Part shown: positions 15,311 to 27,200 of the stretch, piece by piece
Numbering within the stretch: the stretch's first letter is position 1
Layout: every line of letters begins with the position of its first letter
DNA from: Vitrella brassicaformis CCMP3155
Taxonomy: Eukaryota; Protista; Chromerida
Assembly: GCA_001179505.1 (NCBI GenBank)
Contig: CDMY01000061.1
Location: forward strand, 135,887-199,886
Direction: 5' to 3'
Length of the DNA stretch: 64,000 bases
Made by a program: the position numbers and the translations under genes
Notes under the pieces: generated by a model
Told to the model about the DNA's origin: nothing
Seen by the model: only the letters and a program-made list of their open reading frames with translations
Database searches by the model: none

Positions 15311-15360
15311 GCGAGCCTGGGGGCGGTTCATGAGACGCCGTGAGCCGCCCCCAGGCTCGC
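15311..15360. promoter_or_regulatory. 20-bp inverted repeat (10-nt loop) at the centre of the divergent GDPD pair
   Basis: gcgagcctgggggcggttca-tgagacgccg-tgagccgcccccaggctcgc; the arms are complementary with one G-T mismatch. It lies between ATGs at 15263(-) and 15443(+). Confidence 0.85.
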
Positions 15361-16082
15361 AGCGCCATTACGGGATGAGCTGACAATGCCTGCTTCACAC
15401 ACAGTTCGACCGTCATATAGTCGTTCGCCCTTTCGCGCAGCCATGTCGGCCGTACCTATGCTCCTCGTTGTTCTCCTCGAGCTCTCTGCTGGCCCTTGTG
15501 TGGATGGGGAAATACTCAAGTCCAATCGGAGGGGTTTGAGCCGTCTGCAGCTGAGGGAGGCATCACACCCTGCGGCAGGCCCCTGTGCCATGCCTGCAGC
15601 GGTGACAGGTGCACCGTCACTCCACCGCCCTCTGAAAACCAGAGAGTATTTTCTGCTGTTGGGGCTGGGCTTTGCTCTGCATTGCAGGTCATCGCGGGTC
15701 TGGTTGTTCTGTCCCCGGATGCCCCAGCAAGGCGGGTGTGCCCGAGAAGAGTATGGCCGCCTTTGTCGAGGCAGCGATGCTGGGCATTGACGAGGTCGAG
15801 CTGGATGTGTGGCTGACCAAGGACAACAAGTTGCTGGTCTTTCATGGGGGCGAGTCCTACGACGGCGGGTGAGCTCTGAGCACTGCAGAATTCTTAAGGA
15901 CAGCCATCATTCCCTGAATGTGTCTCGCTGTGTTCCCATGCAGTGTGCTGAGCGAGACGGTCGTGGCGCCGCGGACGGTTAAGGTCGAGGAGTCGACGTA
16001 CGACGAGATGGACAAGGCGGGTCACCTGTATCTCCGCGTGCCGTGGGTCGAGAGTGTGCGCAAGCTGCCCCAGTACTGCGAC
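15351..16082 (+). repeat. Direct duplicate of 16383-17114 (5' part of GDPD-B), probably an assembly overlap across the gap
   Basis: Identical at offset 1032 except A/G at 15829/16861; ends exactly at the N gap 16083-16382. Confidence 0.8.
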
Positions 16083-16382
16083 NNNNNNNNNNNNNNNNNN
16101 NNNNNNNNNNNNNNNNNNNNNNNNNNNNNNNNNNNNNNNNNNNNNNNNNNNNNNNNNNNNNNNNNNNNNNNNNNNNNNNNNNNNNNNNNNNNNNNNNNNN
16201 NNNNNNNNNNNNNNNNNNNNNNNNNNNNNNNNNNNNNNNNNNNNNNNNNNNNNNNNNNNNNNNNNNNNNNNNNNNNNNNNNNNNNNNNNNNNNNNNNNNN
16301 NNNNNNNNNNNNNNNNNNNNNNNNNNNNNNNNNNNNNNNNNNNNNNNNNNNNNNNNNNNNNNNNNNNNNNNNNNNNNNNNNN
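16083..16382. other. Assembly gap (300 N)
   Basis: Run of 300 N between the two duplicated segments. Confidence 0.99.
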
Positions 16383-16474
16383 CCAGGCTCGCAGCGCCAT
16401 TACGGGATGAGCTGACAATGCCTGCTTCACACACAGTTCGACCGTCATATAGTCGTTCGCCCTTTCGCGCAGCC

Positions 16475-18132
16475 ATGTCGGCCGTACCTATGCTCCTCGT
16501 TGTTCTCCTCGAGCTCTCTGCTGGCCCTTGTGTGGATGGGGAAATACTCAAGTCCAATCGGAGGGGTTTGAGCCGTCTGCAGCTGAGGGAGGCATCACAC
16601 CCTGCGGCAGGCCCCTGTGCCATGCCTGCAGCGGTGACAGGTGCACCGTCACTCCACCGCCCTCTGAAAACCAGAGAGTATTTTCTGCTGTTGGGGCTGG
16701 GCTTTGCTCTGCATTGCAGGTCATCGCGGGTCTGGTTGTTCTGTCCCCGGATGCCCCAGCAAGGCGGGTGTGCCCGAGAAGAGTATGGCCGCCTTTGTCG
16801 AGGCAGCGATGCTGGGCATTGACGAGGTCGAGCTGGATGTGTGGCTGACCAAGGACAACAGGTTGCTGGTCTTTCATGGGGGCGAGTCCTACGACGGCGG
16901 GTGAGCTCTGAGCACTGCAGAATTCTTAAGGACAGCCATCATTCCCTGAATGTGTCTCGCTGTGTTCCCATGCAGTGTGCTGAGCGAGACGGTCGTGGCG
17001 CCGCGGACGGTTAAGGTCGAGGAGTCGACGTACGACGAGATGGACAAGGCGGGTCACCTGTATCTCCGCGTGCCGTGGGTCGAGAGTGTGCGCAAGCTGC
17101 CCCAGTACTGCGACAAGGCCGTCGAGCTCCCCGTGGCCGACTACGCCAAGGCCTCTGCCACCGAGAAGCAGACCTTCAGCGAGGCCTACGAGAAGGACAC
17201 CACCGTGGCCACTTACAAGGGCGAGAAGCTCAAGGTCCCTCTGCTCGAGGACGTCTTCCACACCTTCTGCAGACCAGAGTGCCCCCTCCGCCTGGCATTC
17301 AACGTCGAGATCAAGGGCAGCAAGCCACAGGCGACCACAGAGGTGCTCAAACTCGCCGAGAAATACGGAGGCCGCGAGTGCGTCCGAAAGATCTCGTCCT
17401 TCTCATGGCTGCCGCCCGACAACGCACAAACGCTCTGCAACGACCAGAAATGGAAATCCAAAACTGGTAGGGACGACAATGAATGCAGTACTTATTGCAG
17501 ACAAAGACAGACACTAGCAGCGGTGTGTCTCGTTGGGCTGTATGTGTTTCTCTCTGTGTGTGTTTCTCTCTGTTAGAGCTGACCCAGGCCGAAGTGGAGC
17601 AGTGCCCCAACGGGTTCGTGCCCGCGGACCTGCTGGCCAACGCCAAGAACGGCATGGGCATTGAGATCGGCGTGCTGTTCAACCGCGGCCCCGCCAAGGC
17701 CCACCTCCCCAGCAGCGACCGGATGGTGGCCATCCTGCACCACTTCTCAGCCAACTGGGCCCACGTCACCTACAAGGCCCAATTTGAGAGCTGGGACCGC
17801 ACCGTCGCCCTCCACAAGGCCAACAAGAAGGTGCTGGGAGGGGGAGGGGGAGAGGGAGACACAGAGGGGGAATCTTCTCCCGTCTCTCCTGTCCTGTTTG
17901 TGTGTTACGTAAGGTGTTGGCGTGGTACGGCGGCCACGCTGAGGACTCCCTTGAGACGTTCGAGGAGCAGGCTGCCCACGGTGTGGACGCTCTGTGCTGC
18001 AACCAAATCGAGGACGCCATCCTCGAGTTCTGCCACCTGAACCAGACCGCCTCCCATGGCCAGCAGCAGCAGCACGAGATGCTGATCCCCGTGCCCGTCT
18101 CCGCGCCTGGGGTTCTCGTCATGGGCATGTGA
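16475..18132 (+). CDS. Secreted glycerophosphodiester phosphodiesterase (GDPD), copy B (true start probably the 15443 ATG if the duplication is an artefact)
   Basis: Signal peptide MSAVPMLLVVLLELSAG; AAVT/GHRG, VPEKSMAAF, EVELDVW, VFHG, FNVEIKG, DALCCNQ. The central ~1.1 kb is near-identical to copy A in inverted orientation. Confidence 0.85.
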
Positions 18133-19119
18133 GCGAGCCCAACGATCGATTGCCAGAGAACTAATCGGTACATGACATCAGCAATTTGTGTGCTGAGCTT
18201 GAATGGACGTCATTCGTTCACCATGCGTGTGTCTGATTGATGGATGGACGCGTTGTTGCGAATGAGTCAAAGCGGGGGACACGCAGCCCGTCCTTACTGT
18301 GAAGGTCTCTCTTCCTCGTCAGTCCCCTCACCCCGATCTGCATAAAGACACGAAAAATCTCCGCACACATGTTCGTCCGTCCATGGGAGACAGCTAGATG
18401 TGGAAAAAGGGGAAGTCAGTCAGTCAGTCATCGGCCGACTAGAAAACCTCACACGGCAAATGGGAGAGAGAATAGACACACGCGCAGAGACGGTATGGTG
18501 AGACACGGACAGTCCATGGAGCCGGACAGACAGCCAGCCAGCCAGCCAGCTGTCCTTTCTCCCAGCCAGCCCCTACTATAAACAAACACGTACACAGCGT
18601 GGATCTCTCATGTCATGAAGTCAGTGCAGTGCACTCAGTGAGGTGAAAGCATCGCTCTCTTCTTCTGCTGTCTCCTCCAAGCTATCTGTCTGTCAAAAAC
18701 ACCAACGAGGCAGACACATACAGACACATACACAGATTCATTGTATGTGTGTTCATTGGTTCGTCCAGTCAGTGCAGTCGATCGGACCAGCCACTACAAA
18801 ACCTCGCGCACACACCTTGTTGCAATGCAGATACTCACCTCACCCATAAAGCATCTCTCCATCCACTAGAAACACATCCCTCACCGACACACATGCACTC
18901 ACACATGCACTCACTCACTCAGGCTCTCTCCCACACGGACACACACGCAACCAACAAGCTGATGACCTACTGAGCAAAACAAGCCATCCAAACCATCGGT
19001 CGCAGATGGGATGGACACACCGCCTCGATGACACGCAACACACGACACGGCACGGCAGCACCCGACCCTCCCTACTCACCCCCCTCTCTCTCCGCCACTC
19101 CACTCACTGTCACCCATCC

Positions 19120-21325
19120 TCAGCCCGTCACATCATCAATCAGCTTCGAGTGGGGCAGCACGTGCACCCCCCAGTTGTCCATCATATACTGGTACGGCCC
19201 CTTGTTCATCGGGAATGGCAGGCACGACGGCGCCCGCACGATGACGTTGTCGGTGAGAGGCACGCCGAGCTTCTCGACGCGTGTGCCGGGGTAGAAGTCC
19301 CAGCTGCTGGCGCACATGGGGGTGTAGGCCAGGGTGCCTGTCGATGAGAAGAAGACGTAGTCGACGTGGTGTTTGTCGTGGGTCAGGGTCACGATGAAGG
19401 TGCCCTTCTCGTTGGTCGACGCCCAACGCATGTCGACGTTGGACGCCACACGGGCAGCATCGTTGAAGTCCTGCAGATATCGCATCCACACACACACACA
19501 CACACACGGTCAGATACAGATTTCCTCCCTGCCTCCCGGCCTCCCTCCCTCCCTCTCTCCCTTTGTCATTAATGTGTCGTCACCATGGGTGCAAAGTTCA
19601 TGGTGCTCTCAGCGCCGCCCGAAAACGTCCCCACTGTGAACTCCGCAGCCACCACATCCCCCTTGACCCCATCAGTCGCCTCGGTCTCACCACTCACACC
19701 AGCCACCTGCAGCACACGCAGGTGCTGTGTGTGGTCCAGCCGACGACCGCCGGCGCCGCTAGCACTGGTGTTGTTCGCTGCAGTGGCGTTGCTGCCGCTG
19801 CTGGCGGCGGCGCTGGTGGTTGGTTCGCGGAGCATGCCGACAAACGACTCGTGCATGTCGCTGGCGTACACGGCTGCGTTGCCGTTGGCTCCTGCGAGGG
19901 CTGACAGCAGACGATCACGCTCATCCGTATAACCCTGAAGGAATGACATACAAACAGACAAAGAAGAAACGTCCAAATGTCTGGCCATCTCCATCAGTCC
20001 ACTCATCATGTGTGTGTGTGTGTGTGTGTGGACCCACCGCACCTGCCAGCCGTCGAATGACCAGTTGATTTTGTATCTGGCTGCGGCCTGGCCCGCACGG
20101 GCCTGGTCCAGCGTGGCGTCGTCGAGGTCGGTGCACTGCTTGTACTGGATTCTCTTGGCGTGGGGGAAGGTCTGGTGGTTGCACACCTGCGGGCTCTCAG
20201 CGATGCCCATGAAGTTGTCAAAGGCCTCCTGCATGCAGACAGACAGACAGACAGACAATGTGTGTGTGATGTGTGGTGGCTGCCCGTGCTTGGTGTGTGT
20301 GCGTGGGTACCGTACCTGCCACATGGCTGCGGTGACCATGTCGCCCTCTGCCTTTTTGTTGGCAATGGCGGCCTCGTGGTCGAACCACCAGAGATCCTGG
20401 ACCACCTGCTGCTGACCCACCAGCAGCCACGTCTTTTCACACACACACACACAGAGAGACAGAGAGAGAGAGAGAGGGGAGGAAGCGTGTGCATCCAGAC
20501 AAGCTGGTTGCTGTCCCTCTCTCTCCCTGGCTAACCGTGTTTGTCGCGAGCATCTCCTCGATCTGCTCCTTGACGAAGTCGATCTGGTGGTCCCCAATCA
20601 TGTGCCCCTCCGGCCTCCGACGGAAAACATCAATCAGCTGCTTGTACTCAATCAGCTGCTGCTCGACCTCAGACCCCTCCCACTCGTCATAAGGCGTGTC
20701 ACCGAGGATGTCCAAGACGTTCTCAAGAATGGACTCGAACTCGTCGCTGAAGACCTTGAAGGGAAAATCGGGGTCCTCCGGGTCGCGTGGCGGGTTGCTG
20801 TTGGTGCGGGCAGTCATACGGTTCTCGAGCATGACGAGTCTGGCGAGGTCGCCGAAAGGGAAGGCGCGGTAGATGTGGAAGCCGCGCTCGTTGCCCTCCT
20901 CGTCGACCTCACGGGTGGGTTGGTACTCGTACCATGCTTTCAGCGCTACACGCTTTCGCGTCTCGAAGTTGTCGCCCTCCAACGTGACATTGTGGTTGCG
21001 GGAACCTGCACGCACGAAGAGCATAGACAAGCGCACCCGTCACCCACCCCTTCCGCCCCTCCCTCCCTCCCTCCCTCCCTGAGAGTGTGTGTGTTTGCAC
21101 CGACCGTTCATGTACGAGTTGTCCGCAAACTCATGGTCATCCCAAACGCCAATCATGGGTGCCGATGCAGAGATGGCCTGCAGGCCGGGGTCTCTCCGGT
21201 AGCTGGCATAGCGGTCGCGGTAGTCCTGCAGCGTGAAGACCTCTCCTGAGATCTTGTAGGTGTCAAAGTGATCGGTCTTGTTGTCACGCGACGGCTTCAC
21301 ATGCGCGTTGGGGATCCTACACATA

Positions 21326-21366
<41 letters not shown>

Positions 21367-22171
21367 ATTCACATACACACACATTGGCGCACACAGACAC
21401 CGACAGACAGATGGGAGTGACTGACTGGCTGGCTGACCAGTCAAATTCCTGGTGTGGGACGATTTCCGGCGCCAGTGCAATGCGGGAGTACTCGTAAATG
21501 AAGTCACCAAGGTGAAGCCAGAAGTCCAGTTCATACCGCGACGCACTGCACACAGACACATCCGCACAGACACATGCATCCCTGTTCCCTGCCTGCATCC
21601 CTGTCCCTCTCTGCCCGTGCTCACAAGTCATAAGCCGAGAAGTATGATGGGCCCAGGTCGGTGCAGCCGAATGCCGCGTATTTGATGCGCTCCATGAACT
21701 CGCCAGCGGGCATGGGCAGCTTGAACCGGCCCACAGGCGACACCACGCCGCCGACGATGAAGCGGAAGAAGAACCGTTTGCCTGACTCCAGGCCCGTGAC
21801 GTCCACCTTGACGGTCCAGTCTCGGCTCCCATCCGTTGTGAAGGTGCCGTTCTTGGCCACCTCGGAGAAGTCCTCGAAACGAGAAACCTCCCAGCTCACT
21901 GTCACACTCTCGTCGCCTGCACACAGCGATCCATCCAAATCAACACAACACAGTGTGTGTGAATGGGTGTCTTGGGGGCTGAGTGAGTGTCTCATTCACG
22001 TGGCGGGGCCTCGGTGGATCTGATGGTGACGCGCGTCCAGATGATGACGGCATCAGGAAGGGGGTCTCCAGACGCCACACCATGGTTGAACGAGGCAGTA
22101 ATGTCGGCAGATACGCAGCACAGCGACGCGCATGCCAGCAGGGCCAGGGCGGCAGATTCAGAGATCTTCAT
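19120..22171 (-). CDS. phoD: Secreted PhoD-type alkaline phosphatase/phosphodiesterase
   Basis: Signal peptide then FNHGVASGDPLPDAVIIWTRV, DWTVKVDVTGLESG, HLGDFIYEY, YRDRYASYRRDPGLQA, VWDDHEFADN, ALKAWYEYQP, FGDLARLVMLENR, WDGY-like ..QGY, SDMHESF. The 3' end is uncertain (possible extra exon near 18620-18690). Confidence 0.9.
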
Positions 22172-22537
22172 GGCGTACAGTCGCCTTGAAAAGATAGACC
22201 CAGGGGGTTGGTGGGGTGGCTGGATCCGGCAAGATCCGGCAGGCGACGGCTGCGAGAGGATCGACTGAGAAGAAATTGAAGGCACCCTTCACAGATGCAC
22301 GCTGCAGGGGCTCTCACTCAGGCAGGGCCACTGGAGTGGGCCGCGGAAGAAAGAAAGACCCGCCGCAGTGCGAGCTTGCAGCCTTGACATTCCGTGAAAC
22401 CGCTCTCTTGCTTCACACTGGGCGGCCTTCCTTCGTGTTGGACGTCCCCCTTTCATTTCAACGCCACCTTCAGACGGCCTTTATCTTTTTCCCGCGTGCC
22501 ACAACCGGCCACAACAGCAACTGATCACGGCCTTGCG

Positions 22538-23662
22538 ATGATGCTCCTGGAGACCCTTCCTGTCCTGCTGCTGCTGCTCATCGCTTCAGCGGACGCCTTT
22601 CGGATTCAGCCAAAGGCGGCGAATGACGCACGCGCAGCTCTCTCCCTACCCGGCGCATCTCTTTCCCACCCGCCAAGACCATCCCGCAGGACCCTGCACG
22701 TGGCACACAGCCTGCCCACCCTGAGCAAACAAGAGGCCGCCGTCACCAGCCAGGGAGAGCCAGCGGTGCTGGAGAACACATTGACGACCCGTGATCTTGA
22801 CCCAGACGCCTACCTGCAGTTCCTCCGAGACGCTAATCTGAATGTCGCTCACTTCCGACGAGAGGCGCCGGGAGAGCTGGTGGCTTCGCTGCGGGAGCAC
22901 AGCCACGGTGAGGGGTTTCCCAACATCCGGGGGCTGCATCTGCGGCGGAACGCGGTGGGGAGGGTGGTGGACGAGGAGCTGAGGGAGGGGGGGATGGACG
23001 CTGCTGCGAGGAGGGACCTCGTCAATGACATTCAGGTCAGTCAGTGAGTGTGTGAGTGGATGGGCGGGGAGGACGGCGGACAAAATGAATGCACTTGATG
23101 TGTTGACATGCAGGCCAACGTGGACTTCACAGTTCTGGGTGCGTCGCGGTACATGTCCTCCTCCTCCTCCTTTTCTGCGGACCAGCCCCAGTGCTGCTCA
23201 GTGGACACGGACCAGGTGGTGCTCAACTTCTACCGCACCGACCACACCATGTGCCCCAGGTGGCACTGCGATCAAGTGTTCCTGCGCCTGCTTCTCACAT
23301 ACCAAGGGCCGGGCACCCAGTGGGCCCTCACAAGCCACACACGCACACCAACAGCCGCCGCCCCCCGCTTCTCCGTGGCCCAGTGGCTCGGCAGCAGCAA
23401 GACGACACAGACTGCCGCGGCCATGCAGCCGAGTGTGGATGCGCCCCAGCAGAGCGACCCGTTTGATGTCTTGGTGCTCAAGGGCGACTGGTTCCGGGAT
23501 GTGGGGAGTGGCAGTGGGGGTGAGGGTGAGAAGGTGCGGTTTGCGAATGCAGCGCTGCACCGGTCGCCTGAGTTCCCTGTGGCTGACGGTGAGGGGGATG
23601 GTGAAGGGTTGGGGTACCGAGTGCTGCTGGCGGTGGATGTGCTGCTCAAGCATGAAGGCTGA
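22538..23662 (+). CDS. DUF1826-family protein with bipartite plastid-type leader
   Basis: Leader MMLLETLPVLLLLLIASADAFRIQP...; core MCPRWHCDQVFLRLLLTYQGPGTQW, DVLVLKGDW, ALHRSP, RVLLAVD resembles bacterial DUF1826. One intron. Confidence 0.78.
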
Positions 23663-24012
23663 CAGACAGACAGACAGACCGGCGCGACTGAGGGGCGTGT
23701 GGCGTGTCGAATGCTTGATGCAATGCATGGCGTGTACGAGGGAAGCTAGCTGGGGCGTATTTGTCTAGCGCTGCGGGATCCCACCATCCATCAGCCATGT
23801 GCATGTCCATGCCCCCCGGGGCCGATGGCGGACCAAGATAGTGTGCCGTTTGAGGGGAGCAGCGACACACTACCTGGTCCGTTGTAGGCGACGTGGGAGG
23901 GAGGTGTGTGGCGTGGCGGTTGGTACAGTTTTGTCTCTTGAGTGTGTGCTGGCTGGCCAAGCCGAGACCACTGTTTGACGTCTGATAGTATGTCCACACA
24001 TACACACATAAG

Positions 24013-24043
24013 CACATTGAAATCAATCATGGCCATGCAGGAC
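24013..24043 (+). repeat. Exact 31-nt inverted repeat of 29780-29810
   Basis: cacattgaaatcaatcatggccatgcaggac at 24013-24043 is the exact reverse complement of gtcctgcatggccatgattgatttcaatgtg at 29780-29810. Confidence 0.9.
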
Positions 24044-24203
24044 AGGCAGGGGTGGACACGCGTCTACACAACCAAGTCATGTTAGTCAGTCAAGTCACCG
24101 CCCCCCGTGGCGTGGCTACGACCGACCGACCGCCAGAACCGCCGCTACCTGGCATGCAATGCCTACGTCGATCCATCCATCCATCTCTCTTCTTTCCATC
24201 TCT

Positions 24204-27200
24204 CTAGCGCTCAGCAGGTGTGGCCAGCCTGACCTGCCGCTCATACCGCCGCACCATCTCACGACGCTGCTCGGCACTCAACAAATGATCTACCACACCC
24301 ACGCCCACACCATGCTGCATACTGAGGGTGGGGGGCACCGGCTGTGGCTGTGTGTGTGCCGGGGGAGGGGGTGGCTGTGGGTGTAGTGGCGGAGGGGGAG
24401 AGGGTGTCTGTTTGGTGTGCATGAGGGGGTAGGATGGTGGTGTGGCTGTCGGTGGCGGCCTTTGGGGCCGCTGGATGGACGCCGACAGGTAACCATTGTA
24501 GTCCAACCTGACACACAACGAGACACAGACAGACAGACAGACAGAAAGATAGATAGACGTGACGTGCCTGTGCGGTGTGTATTTGTGATGTGTTGTGTGT
24601 CGTCGTGTCTGCGCCTTCCCACCCCACCGACCGCAGTAGCAGTTGTGCGAGTGTGTTGTTGGCGACGGCGACCGACTGCTCCTGATGACATGAGCTCAGC
24701 TCTTGGAACAACAGGCACAACCAACGGTCGAAGCTAGATCTGACATGCCACACACACACACACACACACACAGACAGACACCGAGCAGATGAATGCGACG
24801 CACACCCTCCAGACTGGTCGGTGAGTCTTGGTTTCCTCACTCCATCATGTGTATGCGGCTTTGGAAGTTGGCCCAGCTCTTGCTGCTGCTGCTGCTGCCG
24901 TTGCTGTCTTCATCTCTGTCGGCGTGCGCCTCTGCCAGGGTGTGTGCGTGTGTGTGTACGGCCTCTGTGAACCGCCGGACGGCATCCACCAGCTCGAGAA
25001 TGGCGCGATGCACCACCGACAGGCGCAGGAAACAACGGCTGACATATATGCAGATCGTTTACCACACAAAGAGAGAGACACAGACACATCTGGCTGGTCT
25101 GGTGTGCGTGTGGCTGCGTGGCGTAGGTACGTCATGAGTACGGCCAGGAAGGTGTCGTGCGCCCTTTTGATGTCCTCGAAGTCCTGACTGTGCTCTATGC
25201 GGTGCAGCAGACCCAGGTACTCCTCCTGCGGTGCATTGCGTGCAGCAATCCACTGGATGGAGGCGTGAATTGAATGTGTGTGTCCCCTGCCCTGCTCACC
25301 TCGATGACGTCCTGCTGCAGGTACTGCAACACCTGGGACACAATGTAGCTCATGCGGCACCTGCACACACACACACACACACATGCACAATGAGAGATGA
25401 TGAGGAACAACAACACCGCTGCTGCGTGTGGCCACCACCACCACCTGAGTAGCCACACGGGCGTCCATCGGTCCCGCCCCTGTGTGTGTGAGCGTGAGCG
25501 ATCCTCCGTTGCTGGACCAGCGCTACTGCTACTGCTACTGCTACTGCCATGGGGCAACAAACTGGAAGGAAGACACAACGACGCAAGCCAGATTGTGTGT
25601 GTGGGGGGGGGGGGTCTTGGTCTTTGCGTGTCCATCCATCCATTGGCGGGGCGGTTGGCTGTCTGTCTGTCTGCTGGCGTCCGTGCGTACCGTCGTACGA
25701 CGGAGCCGTCCTTCCACACCAGCTCCAGCTCATACTGAGCCTTCCTGCCACGCACAACACACACATCCACACACACACACCCCTGCGGACTGGACCGATT
25801 CATATGCAGTATGTCAGTGAGTCAGTCAGTCAGTCACCTGAGTGCCAGCAGGAAGGAGAACAGGGCGTTGTAGCTCTCGATGTTGCTGAATGAATGAATC
25901 GTGAAAACAAGGAAGATACTCACCCACTCCACTGCGGTGCGGTGTGTGTCTTGTGTGTTGGGAGGGGAGGCGGTAGCTCACGCACGCGTCGGAAATGACG
26001 AGTGGGATGGGCCAGGGGGGCGAATAGTGCAGCCGAACGTCCTGCCCGCACACACACACACAGACAAAATGATGAATGCCTCCCCTCCCCTCCCCCCTCG
26101 TGCGGTTCGGTCCGTATTCACCTGCCATGAAGGGGTGTGTTGTCTGTGTGCACCGCCCCTTAGTGCACCCCCTGGACCCCTGCTGCTGATACTGGTAGTG
26201 CCGCTGCTGCCGCTCCCGGCCACTGCCGCCTCGGCACACCCCTCGTGACGCCACACACGCACCTCAAACGGCCTGACGCACACACACACACACACACAAA
26301 CCAATCGCACCTTCTCATACGTGGTGGTATTTGCGTCTGATCAACAGGCATACAGACCAGTCTTGTGTGGTGAAGGAAGCCGCATTGGGGTGCTGCTGCT
26401 GCTGCTGCTGCTGTTGGGTGACGAGGCGCAGTTTGGTCGCCGGTTGCGACGGTCTGCCGTTGAGGAGGGTGCTGTTGCTGGTGGTGGTGGGGCTAGGATG
26501 GCCGGGCGGCTCGAACGACAGCGGGAGAGTCATCAGCCTGTACGTCGCGAAAAGAGAAATCACGCATTCACCTTCAAGTGTGTGTGTGTGTGTCTGCGTG
26601 TGTTTGTGTGCCCACCCGACGAAGAGCGAGCCGAGGTCCAGCGATAGGACGGACGACAGCTGACAGACAGAAACACACCACACAACACAGCACAGCACAG
26701 CACAAGGGCAGTGGAGACCAGACGCGTGTGAGTGTGTGTGCTCAGGCACATTGATGGGTATCCTCAGGAGGGGGTCTTGGTCATCTTGCGCTGCTGCATC
26801 GGACGCGCTGTGCATGGCGTCGAAATGCACCACCAAGTGGCCGCCACGCTCTCCACTGCCCACCTCATAAGCAACACTGGCGGAGCGGATCCGATTCGAT
26901 GACACACACAAACACACACACAGACATGGCCTGACACAGCACGGCTCAGGTCAGCTCAGCTCACCGTATCTGGCACTCGACAGACAGCTCACTACTGCCG
27001 TCTTGTGCGTGTGCCTCGACAGCCAGCGCGGTGACCTTGCCCTTGCCGCCCAGCCGATGAACACCTCTGCCTCCCCTCTGATGGTTGTCCTCCCCCTCCC
27101 CGTCCCCATTCCCCCTCCTCTCACCCACCCCACCACCACCATCAGCACCAGCCACCACCCTGGTCTGCCACAGGGCGTCCCGGACCTCAGCCGCACGCAG

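Noticed and set aside
15351-17114. A third, tandem GDPD copy
   Set aside because: The duplicate starts inside the hairpin arm, ends at the gap and differs by one base; best explained as an assembly overlap. Long reads would be needed to revive it.
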